A stretch of DNA of 64,000 bases, taken from positions 518,558 through 582,557 of the forward strand of contig JADJYS010000001.1 of the NCBI GenBank assembly GCA_016719645.1, given 5' to 3'. Of this stretch, positions 24,982 to 38,724 are shown one piece after another (the first letter of the stretch is position 1; every line of letters begins with the position of its first letter). The position numbers and the translations under genes are program-made. The notes below the pieces were generated by a model. It made no database searches, was not told the origin of the DNA, and worked only from the letters and a program-made list of their open reading frames with translations. The stretch is from a bacterium. GTDB lineage: Bacteria; Krumholzibacteriota; Krumholzibacteriia; LZORAL124-64-63.

Positions 24982-27540
24982 TTAGCCAGAAGAGTGCCCG
25001 CCCGCGGTCGCTACGGCCATGCTGTTGATCCTCAACAAGATCAAGGTGCGGTCGTCGGTCTGATCCCGGCCCCCGAAGGCCTCGACATCGGCAAATATCC
25101 TGCCGAGCAGGTCCGAGAGCGGGCGTTCCCGGTACGAGGTGACGAGGTCGGCCAGGCGCCCCTCGCCGTAGAAGACCCCGTCGGGCTGGTCGGTCTGCTC
25201 GGTGAAGCCGTCGGTGTAGAGCAGCAGCAGGTCGCCGGGCTCCAGGGCCACCGTGCCGCGGGCGTACCGCTGCCCGGAGTTGATGCCCAGCAGCAGGCCG
25301 CCCTTGCGCAGGCGCTCGCGGTAGGTCTGGCCGACGCGGTGCAGCTGGGGCGGGTTCATGCCGGCGTTGCAGTACTCCAGCCGGCGGGCGTTCGGGTCGA
25401 CCACGCCGTAGAAGAAGCTCACCAGCTGGCCGGCGTCGCCCAGGGAGCAGACGGCGTCGTTCAGCACCTCGATGACGCGGTCCGGCCCCGCGCCGCGGGT
25501 GGCGGCCGCGCGGAAGGCGACCCGCAGGCTGGTCATCACCAGCGCCGCCGGCACGCCCTTGCCCGCCACGTCGGCGATGGCGAAGCCGACGCTGCCGTCC
25601 TCCAGCGTGAAGTAGTCGAAGTAGTCGCCGCCGACCTCGCGGCAGCTGTCCATGCGCCCCATGACGTGCAGGCCGGGCGCGCGCAGCGGCGCGCGCGGCA
25701 CCAGGTGCGACTGGATGCGGTGGGCCACGGACAGCTCCGTCTCCAGGCGCTCCCGCTCGAGGCGGGCCTGGTGCAGGCGGGCGACCTCGACCAGCGCGGC
25801 CGCCTGCACGGAGAGGCCGTGGAGGTTGGCCACGTCGGCCTGCGTGTAGAGCGCGCCGCCGGTCTTCGGTCCCAGCGTCAGCAGACCCCGCAGCTCGCGG
25901 CCGCTGATCAGCGGCACCACGAGCTGGACGTCCAGTTCGGCGAGCAGCCGGGCGGTGGGCGCGTCGGTCTGGTCGGCGGTGTCGAGGCCCTCGAGCTCCT
26001 CGGCGTAGACCGGGCGGTGCGCCGCCAGCACGACGCGGCCCAGGGTGCTGGCCGTCGGCAGGGAGGCGGCCGCCGTCGGCGGGGAAGGCGGCTCGGGGTG
26101 GATCGCGCGCAGGACCAGGGCGCCGTCCTCGGCCAGGAACAGGGCGACGTGGCCGGGACGGTAGAGGTCGTGCAGGCGCGCCAGCATCGACCGCGGCGCC
26201 TCGGGGTCGCCGCTGAGCCCGGCCAGGTCGTGGACCAGCCGCTGGACCGCTTCGCGGGTCGCCAGCCGCGACGGGTAGAAGGCCCGCTCGAGCCCGGCGT
26301 GCAGGCGACGGCGCAGGGGATTCAGCACGAGGGTCAGCCCCACGACCGTCAGCAGCACCACCGGCAGGTCGGAGCCGTGGAAGCGGGCGGCGAGGTACCC
26401 GCCCAGGACGCCGACGAGCAGCGTGTAGGTCAGCACCACCAGCACCGTCAGCAGGGTGTAGACCAGGCCGTGGCGCACGACGTAGCCGAGGTCCAGCGCC
26501 CCGTAGCGCAGGATGGCCAGGCCGAAGCTCACCGGGACGAGCACCAGCGAGAAGCCGTACCAGTCCTGGTAGGGGAGGCGCACCGAGCCCCCGATGTTGT
26601 GCAGGACCGCGCCCAGGATGAACGGCACGAAGCCCAGGACCAGGCCGCCGAAGGCGACGCGCAGCTTGGCCTGGCGCAGCGGGCGGTCCCGGCCGAACAT
26701 CTTGCCGACGAACACCCCCACGCCGGCCGTCATGTAGGCGAGGAAGTACAGGCCGGCGACCTGCTGCAGCACGGCCACGGTCCGCGACTCGACCGGGTCG
26801 AGGCGGGCCGCCTCGGCGTAGAGGCTCAACAGGAACAGGGGGATCGCCGGCAGCAGCAGCAGCCGGTGGCGGGCGCGGGTGCGCGGGGTCAGGTGCGTGC
26901 GGTCCGGGAAGTACAGCGCGAAGCGCAGGAAGATCACCGGCAGCAGCATCACCGCCAGGTCGCGGGCGATCTCCTTGAGCGTCATGTACCAGGGGCTGGG
27001 CCAGTCGGGCACGTCCATCAGGAAGAAGGCGAAGGTGGCGCACAGGCCGAAGAAGTAGCGGGCCACCATGTCGCCGCGCTGCGAGAGGATGAGCCAGCCC
27101 ATCAGCAGGAACGCCACGCCGGCCAGGGAGAGGCCGTAGCTCCAGATGATGCGCGAGCGCGCCGGCAGGGTGGGCTCCAGGCGGGCGGTGAACACCTCGC
27201 CGCCGCGCCGCACGCGGTAGGCCCGCGGGGCGAGGTCGTAGCGGTCGGCCAGGGCCGTGTGGTAGTCGACCTGCGTGTCCAGGACGCGGCCGTCCAGCGC
27301 CAGCAGGCGGTCTCCGGACAGCAGGCCGGCCCGGTCGGCGGGGCCGCCGGGGGCCACCGTGCGGATGGTCAGGTTGTGGACCGTCAGGCCGGTCTCCGGG
27401 CGGTTGGCCACGTGCAGGGCGACGGGCACCTCGAGGATCAGCAGCAGCGGCGCCAGCAGGTAGAGCGCCAGCAGGCGCGCCGGCCGGAACGGGCGCGTGG
27501 GGGGGGGCGGGAGCGGCGCGGCGTGCGGCATGGCGGGCAC
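24982..27540 (-). CDS. Membrane sensor phosphatase: N-terminal PDZ domain, polytopic TM region, GAF-like domain, C-terminal PP2C (SpoIIE/RsbU-type) phosphatase
   Basis: PDZ: GGPADRAGLLSGDRLLALDG. About 9 TM helices follow. PP2C: GGDYFDY ... GFAIADVAGKGVPAALVMTS ... LLLYTDGFTE ... DDRTLILLRI. Confidence 0.75.
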   Translation of the reverse strand: MPAMPHAAPLPPPPTRPFRPARLLALYLLAPLLLILEVPVALHVANRPETGLTVHNLTIRTVAPGGPADRAGLLSGDRLLALDGRVLDTQVDYHTALADRYDLAPRAYRVRRGGEVFTARLEPTLPARSRIIWSYGLSLAGVAFLLMGWLILSQRGDMVARYFFGLCATFAFFLMDVPDWPSPWYMTLKEIARDLAVMLLPVIFLRFALYFPDRTHLTPRTRARHRLLLLPAIPLFLLSLYAEAARLDPVESRTVAVLQQVAGLYFLAYMTAGVGVFVGKMFGRDRPLRQAKLRVAFGGLVLGFVPFILGAVLHNIGGSVRLPYQDWYGFSLVLVPVSFGLAILRYGALDLGYVVRHGLVYTLLTVLVVLTYTLLVGVLGGYLAARFHGSDLPVVLLTVVGLTLVLNPLRRRLHAGLERAFYPSRLATREAVQRLVHDLAGLSGDPEAPRSMLARLHDLYRPGHVALFLAEDGALVLRAIHPEPPSPPTAAASLPTASTLGRVVLAAHRPVYAEELEGLDTADQTDAPTARLLAELDVQLVVPLISGRELRGLLTLGPKTGGALYTQADVANLHGLSVQAAALVEVARLHQARLERERLETELSVAHRIQSHLVPRAPLRAPGLHVMGRMDSCREVGGDYFDYFTLEDGSVGFAIADVAGKGVPAALVMTSLRVAFRAAATRGAGPDRVIEVLNDAVCSLGDAGQLVSFFYGVVDPNARRLEYCNAGMNPPQLHRVGQTYRERLRKGGLLLGINSGQRYARGTVALEPGDLLLLYTDGFTEQTDQPDGVFYGEGRLADLVTSYRERPLSDLLGRIFADVEAFGGRDQTDDRTLILLRINSMAVATAGGHSSG

Positions 27541-27613
27541 CTCGGCCGCAGCATAGCAGAGGGCGCCCGCTCCAGGAAGCCCGCGATCGGCGCCGGCCGC
27601 GCCCCTGCCCGGT

Positions 27614-28354
27614 CTACGGCTCGGACTTGCGCAGCTGCACGGGGCGCCCCGTCTCGCGCCCGCGCAGGCGCAGGTTGAGCATCTCGACCAGGACCGAGAA
27701 GCCCATGGCGAAGTAGATGTAGCCCTTGTTGAGATGCTGGCCGAAGCCCTCGGCCACCAGCGACATGCCCACCAGCAGCAGGAAGCTCAGGGCCAGCATC
27801 TTGACCGTGGGGTGCGACTCGACGAAGTGCGAGATCGGGCCCGCGGCCGCCATCATCACCGCCACGGCGACGACCACCGCCGTGATCATCACCGCCAGGT
27901 GCTCGGCCATGCCGATGGCGGTGATCACCGAGTCGAGCGAGAACACGAGGTCCAGCACCATGATCTGGGCGATCACCGCGGCGAAGGAGACCCTCCGGTG
28001 GCCCCCTTCGTGCTGCGTCTCGCCCTCGAGGCTGTGGTGGATCTCGAACGTGGCCTTCGCCAGCAGGAAGAGGCCGCCGCTCACCAGCACCAGATCCCTG
28101 GCGGTGACCGCGTGCCCCGCGACCGTGAAGAGCTCCTTCGTCAGGTTCGCGACCCAGGCCAGGGAAGCCAGCAGCAGGATGCGCGTCAGCATGGCCCCGG
28201 CCAGACCGATGGTGCGGCCGCGCGCGCGCTGCTCGGGCGGCAGCCGCCCGGAGAGGATCGAGATGAAGATGATGTTGTCGATCCCCAGCACGATCTCCAG
28301 CACGGTCAGGGTCAGCAGGGCGATCCAGGCCTGGGGGTCGGCGAGCCATTCCAT
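27614..28354 (-). CDS. TerC-family integral membrane protein
   Basis: MEWLADPQAWIALLTLTVLEIVLGIDNIIFISIL is the TerC N-terminal signature. ATG at 28354 with GGGAG 6 nt upstream. ~7 TM helices. Confidence 0.8.
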   Translation of the reverse strand: MEWLADPQAWIALLTLTVLEIVLGIDNIIFISILSGRLPPEQRARGRTIGLAGAMLTRILLLASLAWVANLTKELFTVAGHAVTARDLVLVSGGLFLLAKATFEIHHSLEGETQHEGGHRRVSFAAVIAQIMVLDLVFSLDSVITAIGMAEHLAVMITAVVVAVAVMMAAAGPISHFVESHPTVKMLALSFLLLVGMSLVAEGFGQHLNKGYIYFAMGFSVLVEMLNLRLRGRETGRPVQLRKSEP

Positions 28355-28484
28355 GGTTGCTCCCACGTCGTCGGGGTCACGGGTCCGGGGCCCGGGCAGG
28401 GCGATCGGCCGGGGATCCTAGCACGGCCGGACGGCGCGCGTCAGCCCCGGAAGCGGCCGGACCGGCGTCCGGCCACCTCGCCGG

Positions 28485-28513
28485 TTGACCCGCCCCGCGG
28501 CCATGTCTACACT
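28485..28513 (+). promoter_or_regulatory. Sigma-70-like promoter candidate for valS (TTGACC-N17-TACACT)
   Basis: Hexamers and spacing read directly in the sequence, ~70 nt upstream of the valS GTG. Confidence 0.35.
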
Positions 28514-28581
28514 ACGCTGTTCCGGCCCGGGGGCGTCTCCCCGGTTCTTCCGCGCACCCCCGACCGCAGCCTGGAGACGAC

Positions 28582-31340
<2,759 letters not shown>

Positions 31341-31344
<4 letters not shown>

Positions 31345-32456
31345 AACCCGAGGAGCCCGCCGTGGAGAACGACCGTCCCGCCTCGACCACCCCGGGCGCC
31401 ATGGTGCGCGCGGCCCGCGAGGCGTCGGGGCTGTCGCTGGCCGATCTGGCGGCCGCCACGCGCATCCCGGTCGCCCAGCTGCGGGCCCTCGAGGCCGACG
31501 ACCACGACCAGCTCTCCGGCCCCCTCTACGTGCGCAGCTTCCTGCGCTCCTGCGCCGAAGCCCTGGATCTCGACCCGCACGACCTGCTGGCCGCCTACGA
31601 CAGCCGCTGCCCCGCGGCCGCGGCGCCCCCCGTGGTCGTGCCCGTCTGGTCCCAGGAGACGGAGGTCCGCCGCGCGGCCGCCTTCCCCTGGCGCCGGGCC
31701 GTCCTGCCGGCCGCGGCGCTGCTGGCCGTGGTCCTGGTCGTGCTGGTGATCGTCCGCCTCGCCGGCGGCGGCGACGCGGGCCAGGAGCAGGGCCGGGACG
31801 AGGCCGCGTCGGCGGATGAAGACCGGGGCCGCCAGCGCCGCGAAGCGCTGGGCGATTCCCTGCGCGAGGCCTGGAGCCCGCTGACGGGCCTGGCCGTTTC
31901 CGACTCCCTGACGGCGGCGGCCGATTCCGCCGCCGCGGACAGCCTCGCCGCGCCAGGCGTCGCCGACACCAGCCTCGCGGCGCTCGGCGCTCCGGCCGAC
32001 AGCGCCGCGGCCGCCGCGGATTCCCTGCTCCCGGCGGCGCCCGCCGCCCCGCCCCGCGTGATCGTCCCCTCGGCCGACGAGCTGGCCGTGCTGGCCTCCC
32101 TGCCCGCGGGCGATCACGACCTGCCCTTCGCCGACGGCTCGCGCTGGCCCCTGGTGCTGCGCGTCGCGACCCGCGGCCGCGTCGACTACGCGGTGGGCGC
32201 CGACGGGCAGCGCAACGCCCCGAACGTGACGTGGCTCGCCCGGCCGTCGGGCCTGCCGGTCGAGGGCGTGACCGCGGGCGTCGTCTACTCGCTCGGCTGG
32301 CGCAACGTCTCCTACTGGGGGGCCCGCGACCACTTCCTGCTGAAGCTCTCCGCCGCCGAGGACGTCACCGTCACCCTCAACGGCCGTCCCGTGCCCATCC
32401 CGACCCGGCTCGTGGGACGCGAGTGGGTCCTGGACCGCTCGTTGCTGGACCGTTAG
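31341..32456 (+). CDS. RodZ-like cytoskeleton protein (HTH XRE domain + TM + C-terminal DUF4115-like domain)
   Basis: N-terminal HTH (PGAMVRAAREASGLSLADLAAATRIPVAQLRALE ... LYVRSFLRSCAEALDLD). Single TM (AALLAVVLVVLVIV). Ala/Ser-rich linker and a C-terminal beta domain. The start could be GTG 31341 (overlapping the valS stop) or ATG 31401. Confidence 0.6.
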
Positions 32457-32461
32457 GAACC

Positions 32462-34492
<2,031 letters not shown>

Positions 34493-34499
34493 GAGGGGC

Positions 34500-35396
34500 A
34501 TGACGGACCGCAGCGCGGATTTCGGATTTCCCCGCGGCGACTGGCTCGAGGCGCTGCTGGCGGCCAGCCTCGCCGAGGACGTCGGGACGGGCGACGCGAC
34601 GACCGCCGTCGCGGTCGCGCCGGGCCTGGCGGCCGAGGGCTGGATCGTCGCCCGCCGCGACGGCGTCGTCGCCGGGCTGCCGCTGCTGCCGCTGCTGTTC
34701 CGGCGGCTGTCCGCGGCCGTGGACGTCGAGCCGCTCGCCGCGGAGGGCGAGCGCGTCGCGGCGGGGCGGCGCCTGGCGCGGATCGCGGGGCCGGCGGGGC
34801 CCATCCTGACCGGCGAGCGCACGGCCCTGAACTTCCTGCAGCGCCTCGGCGGCGTGGCCACCCTGACCGCGCAGTACGTCGACCGCGTGGCGGGCACCGG
34901 CTGCGCGGTGCTGGACACGCGCAAGACCCTGCCGGGCTTCCGGCTGCTCGACAAGTACGCGGTGCGCTGCGGCGGCGGCGCCAACCACCGCTTCGGCCTC
35001 TACGACCGCATCCTGCTGAAGGACAACCACTGGGCCGCGCGCGCGGCGCCGCTGGCGGCGCTCGTGGCCCGCGCCCGGGCGGAGTTCCCCCGCCTGGCCG
35101 TCGAGGTGGAGGTCGACACGCTCGACCAGCTGGCCGAGACGCTGCCGCTGGGCGTGGAGTGGATCCTGCTGGACAACTTCGACCCCGCCCGCGCGGGCGA
35201 GGCCGTGCGCCGCCGCGACGAGGGGCCCGCCGCCGGCCGCGCCACCCGCCTGGAGGCCAGCGGCAACGTGGACCTCGCGACCGTCGCCGCCTTCGCCCAG
35301 GCCGGCGTCGACGCGGTCTCGGTGGGGCGCCTCACGCACTCGGCCCCCGCCTGGGACCTGGGCCTGGACTTCGCGCCGCGGGGGGGGACGCCGTGA
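34500..35396 (+). CDS. nadC: Nicotinate-nucleotide pyrophosphorylase (quinolinate phosphoribosyltransferase)
   Basis: ILTGERTALNFLQRLGGVAT ... LDTRKTLPGFRLLDKYAVRCGGG ... RILLKDNH are NadC signatures. Confidence 0.9.
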   Translation: MTDRSADFGFPRGDWLEALLAASLAEDVGTGDATTAVAVAPGLAAEGWIVARRDGVVAGLPLLPLLFRRLSAAVDVEPLAAEGERVAAGRRLARIAGPAGPILTGERTALNFLQRLGGVATLTAQYVDRVAGTGCAVLDTRKTLPGFRLLDKYAVRCGGGANHRFGLYDRILLKDNHWAARAAPLAALVARARAEFPRLAVEVEVDTLDQLAETLPLGVEWILLDNFDPARAGEAVRRRDEGPAAGRATRLEASGNVDLATVAAFAQAGVDAVSVGRLTHSAPAWDLGLDFAPRGGTP

Positions 35397-36298
35397 TCTC
35401 CCGCCTCGGGCGCGACTGGTTCGGCCTGACGAGCTTCGAGCCCGGCCGCGGCCGCACCGAGGACGGGTTCCTCTACGTGCTGGAGGACGTGGGCTCCACC
35501 AGCGACTTCCTGCTCGGGCGCGGCGCGCCGGCGACCGGGCGGCTCTGCCGCTGGGACGGCTGGGGCTGGCAGGCCGGACAGCGCCAGACCCTGCAGCCGC
35601 CCCGCGACGCGCGCCCGGGCAGCGTCGCGGTCGCGCGCCGCCAGAGCGCCGGCCGCGGCCGGCTCGGGCGCCGCTGGCACGGCCAGGGCGGGCTGCTGAT
35701 GTCGTGGAACATCGACCCGGTGCCGTCGCCGCCGGTCGCGGGCCTGGCGGTCTGGACCGGGCTGACCGCGGTGCTGGCGCTGGAGGAGCTGACGGGCCTG
35801 CCCGTCCGCCTGAAGTGGCCCAACGACGTGTTCCTGGGCGGGCGCAAGCTCGGCGGCATCCTGCTGGACTTCATGGTCCTGACGCCCCGGCCCCGGCTGG
35901 TGGCCGGGCTGGGCCTGAACGTCGGCCGCCTGCCGCCGGACCTCCCGCCCGACGTGCGCGCGCGCGCCGCGGTCCTGCCCCCGGATCCCGCGCGCTGGCG
36001 CACCCTGGGCGAGCTGGCGGGCGCGGTGCTGCGCCGCTGGGACGACGGGCTGGAGCGCTTCCTGGGCGCCGGCTGGGACGAGTACCGCGCCGACTACGAA
36101 CGGGTCGACGAGCTGGCCGGGCGCCGCGTCGCCCTCGCCAGCGGCAGCGAGCGGCGCGAGGGGCTCGCGCTCGGGATCGACGGCACCGGGGCGCTGCTGC
36201 TGCGGCACGGCGACGGCCGCGTGTCGGCGGCGCTGGCCGGCGACGTGCACATCCTGGACATCGGCCCGGCATCGCCGTCGGGGCCGGGGAGGACCTGA
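35393..36298 (+). CDS. birA: Biotin--[acetyl-CoA-carboxylase] ligase
   Basis: QSAGRGRLGRRW is the BirA biotin-binding motif. GTG start overlaps the nadC stop (GTGA). The upstream part of the listed ORF belongs to nadC. Confidence 0.8.
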   Translation: MISRLGRDWFGLTSFEPGRGRTEDGFLYVLEDVGSTSDFLLGRGAPATGRLCRWDGWGWQAGQRQTLQPPRDARPGSVAVARRQSAGRGRLGRRWHGQGGLLMSWNIDPVPSPPVAGLAVWTGLTAVLALEELTGLPVRLKWPNDVFLGGRKLGGILLDFMVLTPRPRLVAGLGLNVGRLPPDLPPDVRARAAVLPPDPARWRTLGELAGAVLRRWDDGLERFLGAGWDEYRADYERVDELAGRRVALASGSERREGLALGIDGTGALLLRHGDGRVSAALAGDVHILDIGPASPSGPGRT

Positions 36299-36300
36299 CC

Positions 36301-37071
36301 ATGCTCGTGGTGGACGTCGGCAACACGCGCACCAGCGCGGCGGCCTGGTCCCCGCCGGAGGCGGCCGCCACCGACGACGTGCGCTTCGTCGAACTGCTGC
36401 ACCTGCCCACGCCGCGCGACGCGGCCGGCCGGGAGGATCTGCGCGAGGCGCTGGCCGCCTTCGCGCGCCGTCGCGGCCTGCGCCGCGCCGCGGTCGCCTC
36501 GGTCGTGCCCGAGATCACCGGCCTGCTGCTGGCGGAGCTGCCGGGCGCCGTCGCGGCCGACCACCGCGCGCCGCTGCCCTTCGCGACGGCCCTGGCCGAG
36601 CCGGCCGCCACCGGCGCGGACCGGTTCTGCGACATGGCGGCCGCGGCCGGCGCCGGCCTGCGCGACGCGCTGGTGGTGGACATGGGCACCGCCACCACGT
36701 TCAACGTGCTGCAGGCGGGCGTCTTCGTCGGCGGGCTGATCGCCCCCGGCGCCGAGCTCGCGGCCCGCGCGCTGGGGGAGCGGGCCGCGCGCCTGCACCC
36801 GGTCGTGCCCGTGCCGGTCGCCGCCGAGGCGAACCCCGACACCCACGGCGCCCTGGTCGCCGGTTGCTTCCTGGTCGGCGCCCACGGCGTCGTCGGCACG
36901 GCAACCGCGCTGCTGGCCCGCCACGGGCCGCTGGTCGTGGTGCTGACCGGCGGGCAGGCGGGCCTGCTCGGCGACGCCGCGACGCCCTTCCCCGGCACCG
37001 CGGCCTGGCGCCGCGACCCGCTCTGGACGCTCAAGGGCGCGGCCCTGCTCGGCGCCGCGTCCGTCCGCTGA
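36301..37071 (+). CDS. coaX: Type III pantothenate kinase
   Basis: N-terminal MLVVDVGNTRT is the CoaX signature, with an ASKHA fold. ATG lies 2 nt after the birA stop. Confidence 0.85.
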   Translation: MLVVDVGNTRTSAAAWSPPEAAATDDVRFVELLHLPTPRDAAGREDLREALAAFARRRGLRRAAVASVVPEITGLLLAELPGAVAADHRAPLPFATALAEPAATGADRFCDMAAAAGAGLRDALVVDMGTATTFNVLQAGVFVGGLIAPGAELAARALGERAARLHPVVPVPVAAEANPDTHGALVAGCFLVGAHGVVGTATALLARHGPLVVVLTGGQAGLLGDAATPFPGTAAWRRDPLWTLKGAALLGAASVR

Positions 37072-37182
37072 CCGCGCCCGATCCTTGCTTGACGGCCGCC
37101 TGACGATCCCCTTTGCTGATCGCGGGCGAGCCACCCGGCTGCCGCTCCCCGCCGTCCCCGTCCACCCGTCCGGAGGTCCGAG

Positions 37183-38721
37183 ATGAGCCGTTCCCGCTCC
37201 CTCGCGCGCCGCTGGTGCGCGCCGTTGTTGCTCGCGCTGCTCCTGGCCTGCCCCGCCACCCGCGCCGGCGCCGCCCTGCCCGGCAAGGCGCCCGTCGATT
37301 CGCTCCACTTCCTGATCGAGTCCGAGGGCGCCACCGCCGGCTGGATGACCGCCGTGCGGACCGTGCACGCGGACGGCCGCGTCGTCTACCGCGGGGGCGG
37401 CACCATGGGCGGCACCACGAGCCTGAAGTGGACCCTGGAGATGACACCCGACCTGCGCAGCTTCGTGCGCGCGACCTCCTGGCTGAAGACGCCCCAGCAG
37501 GAGCTGGAGATCTCGAGCGTCCACGTCCCGGACGGGAAGCCCGAGGTGTCGGCCACGGTCAACGGCACGAAGATGCCGGTGCCCGCCGAGAAGCTGCCCG
37601 CGCAGGCGGTCTTCCTGCCGCAGGGGGCGGCCACCGCGCTGATGGCCCTCAGCGACCTGCTCGCGTCGCAGGATGCCGCGACCTACGCCGCGACGCTCGC
37701 GGCGACCAACGGCCTGCAGAAGCTGGACCTGGCGGTGCGGGGGTTGGGCAGCGGCACGCTGACGCAGAAGGGGGCCGAGGTGCCCGTGCGCACCTTCGAG
37801 CTGACCGTGTCGCACAAGGAGCTGAAGCAGCCGCTCGTCCTGAAGCTCTACCAGCGCCCCGACGGCAGCTTCTTCGGCGTCGAGACGCCGCAGGTCCGGA
37901 TCCTGCGCACCGGCGGCGCGGCGGCGGACGGCCCCGCCGCGGGCCCCGGCGGCCGCGAGACGACGGTCGCCGGGGACGGCGTCGCGCTCGCCGCCACCCT
38001 GACGGTGCCCGCGCCCGGTGCGGACCCGGCGGTCCGGGCCGCCGGCGTGGTGCTCGTCGCCGGTCCCGCGCAGGCGGGCCGCGACGCCGTGGCCGGCGAC
38101 TTCGGTTTCTACGCGCACCTGGCGGCGGAACTCGCCGCGTCCGGGATCGCCACGCTGCGCTACGAGCCGCGTCCGCCCGCCGGCGGCGCGCTGGCCCTGG
38201 AGGACATGGCCCGCGACGCGGCGGCGGCCGCCGCCGCGCTGGGCGCGGCCGCCGGCGTGGATCCCGCGAAGATCCTGCTGCTGGTCCAGGGAGAGGGCGG
38301 CATGCTGGCGGGCGAAGCGGCCGCGCTCTGCGCGCAGGCCGGGCAGCCCGTGCGGGGGCTGATCCTGGTGGGCGCGACGACCTCGGCCGGCGCCGACCTG
38401 CACGCCGCGCAGCCCCGCCCGGCGGACGCCCCCTGGCTCGCCTCGTTCCTGGCCCGCGACCCGCGCCCGGCCCTGCTGGCGGCCGGGTTGCCGGTGATGC
38501 TGCTGCACGGCGACCGCGACGACGCGGTCCCGTCGGCCGAGGCCACGGCGCTGAAGGAGTGGTTGAACGCGCAGGGCCACCTGAAGGTGGCCTGCACGGT
38601 GGCGGTCGGCCTGGACCACTGCCTGCGCGAGGTCCCGGCCGCGGGCGGGGCCCCGGCGCCGGAGTGCGCCAAGGGCGTCGTCAAGCGGATCGCGGGCTTC
38701 GTCGCCCAGTGCACGCGCTGA
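37183..38721 (+). CDS. Secreted protein with C-terminal alpha/beta-hydrolase (dienelactone hydrolase/peptidase S9-like) domain
   Basis: Signal peptide (LLLALLLACPATRAGAA). C-terminal VLVAGPAQAGRD ... LLVQGEGGMLAGE ... MLLHGDRDDAVP ... GLDHCL, a serine-hydrolase-like architecture. Confidence 0.5.
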   Translation: MSRSRSLARRWCAPLLLALLLACPATRAGAALPGKAPVDSLHFLIESEGATAGWMTAVRTVHADGRVVYRGGGTMGGTTSLKWTLEMTPDLRSFVRATSWLKTPQQELEISSVHVPDGKPEVSATVNGTKMPVPAEKLPAQAVFLPQGAATALMALSDLLASQDAATYAATLAATNGLQKLDLAVRGLGSGTLTQKGAEVPVRTFELTVSHKELKQPLVLKLYQRPDGSFFGVETPQVRILRTGGAAADGPAAGPGGRETTVAGDGVALAATLTVPAPGADPAVRAAGVVLVAGPAQAGRDAVAGDFGFYAHLAAELAASGIATLRYEPRPPAGGALALEDMARDAAAAAAALGAAAGVDPAKILLLVQGEGGMLAGEAAALCAQAGQPVRGLILVGATTSAGADLHAAQPRPADAPWLASFLARDPRPALLAAGLPVMLLHGDRDDAVPSAEATALKEWLNAQGHLKVACTVAVGLDHCLREVPAAGGAPAPECAKGVVKRIAGFVAQCTR

Positions 38722-38724
38722 CGG

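Noticed and set aside
24848-27678. 731-aa minus-strand ORF and 920-aa plus-strand ORF overlapping the PP2C phosphatase gene
   Set aside because: The 852-aa minus-strand frame carries PDZ, TM and PP2C motifs. The others are low-complexity overlap artefacts.
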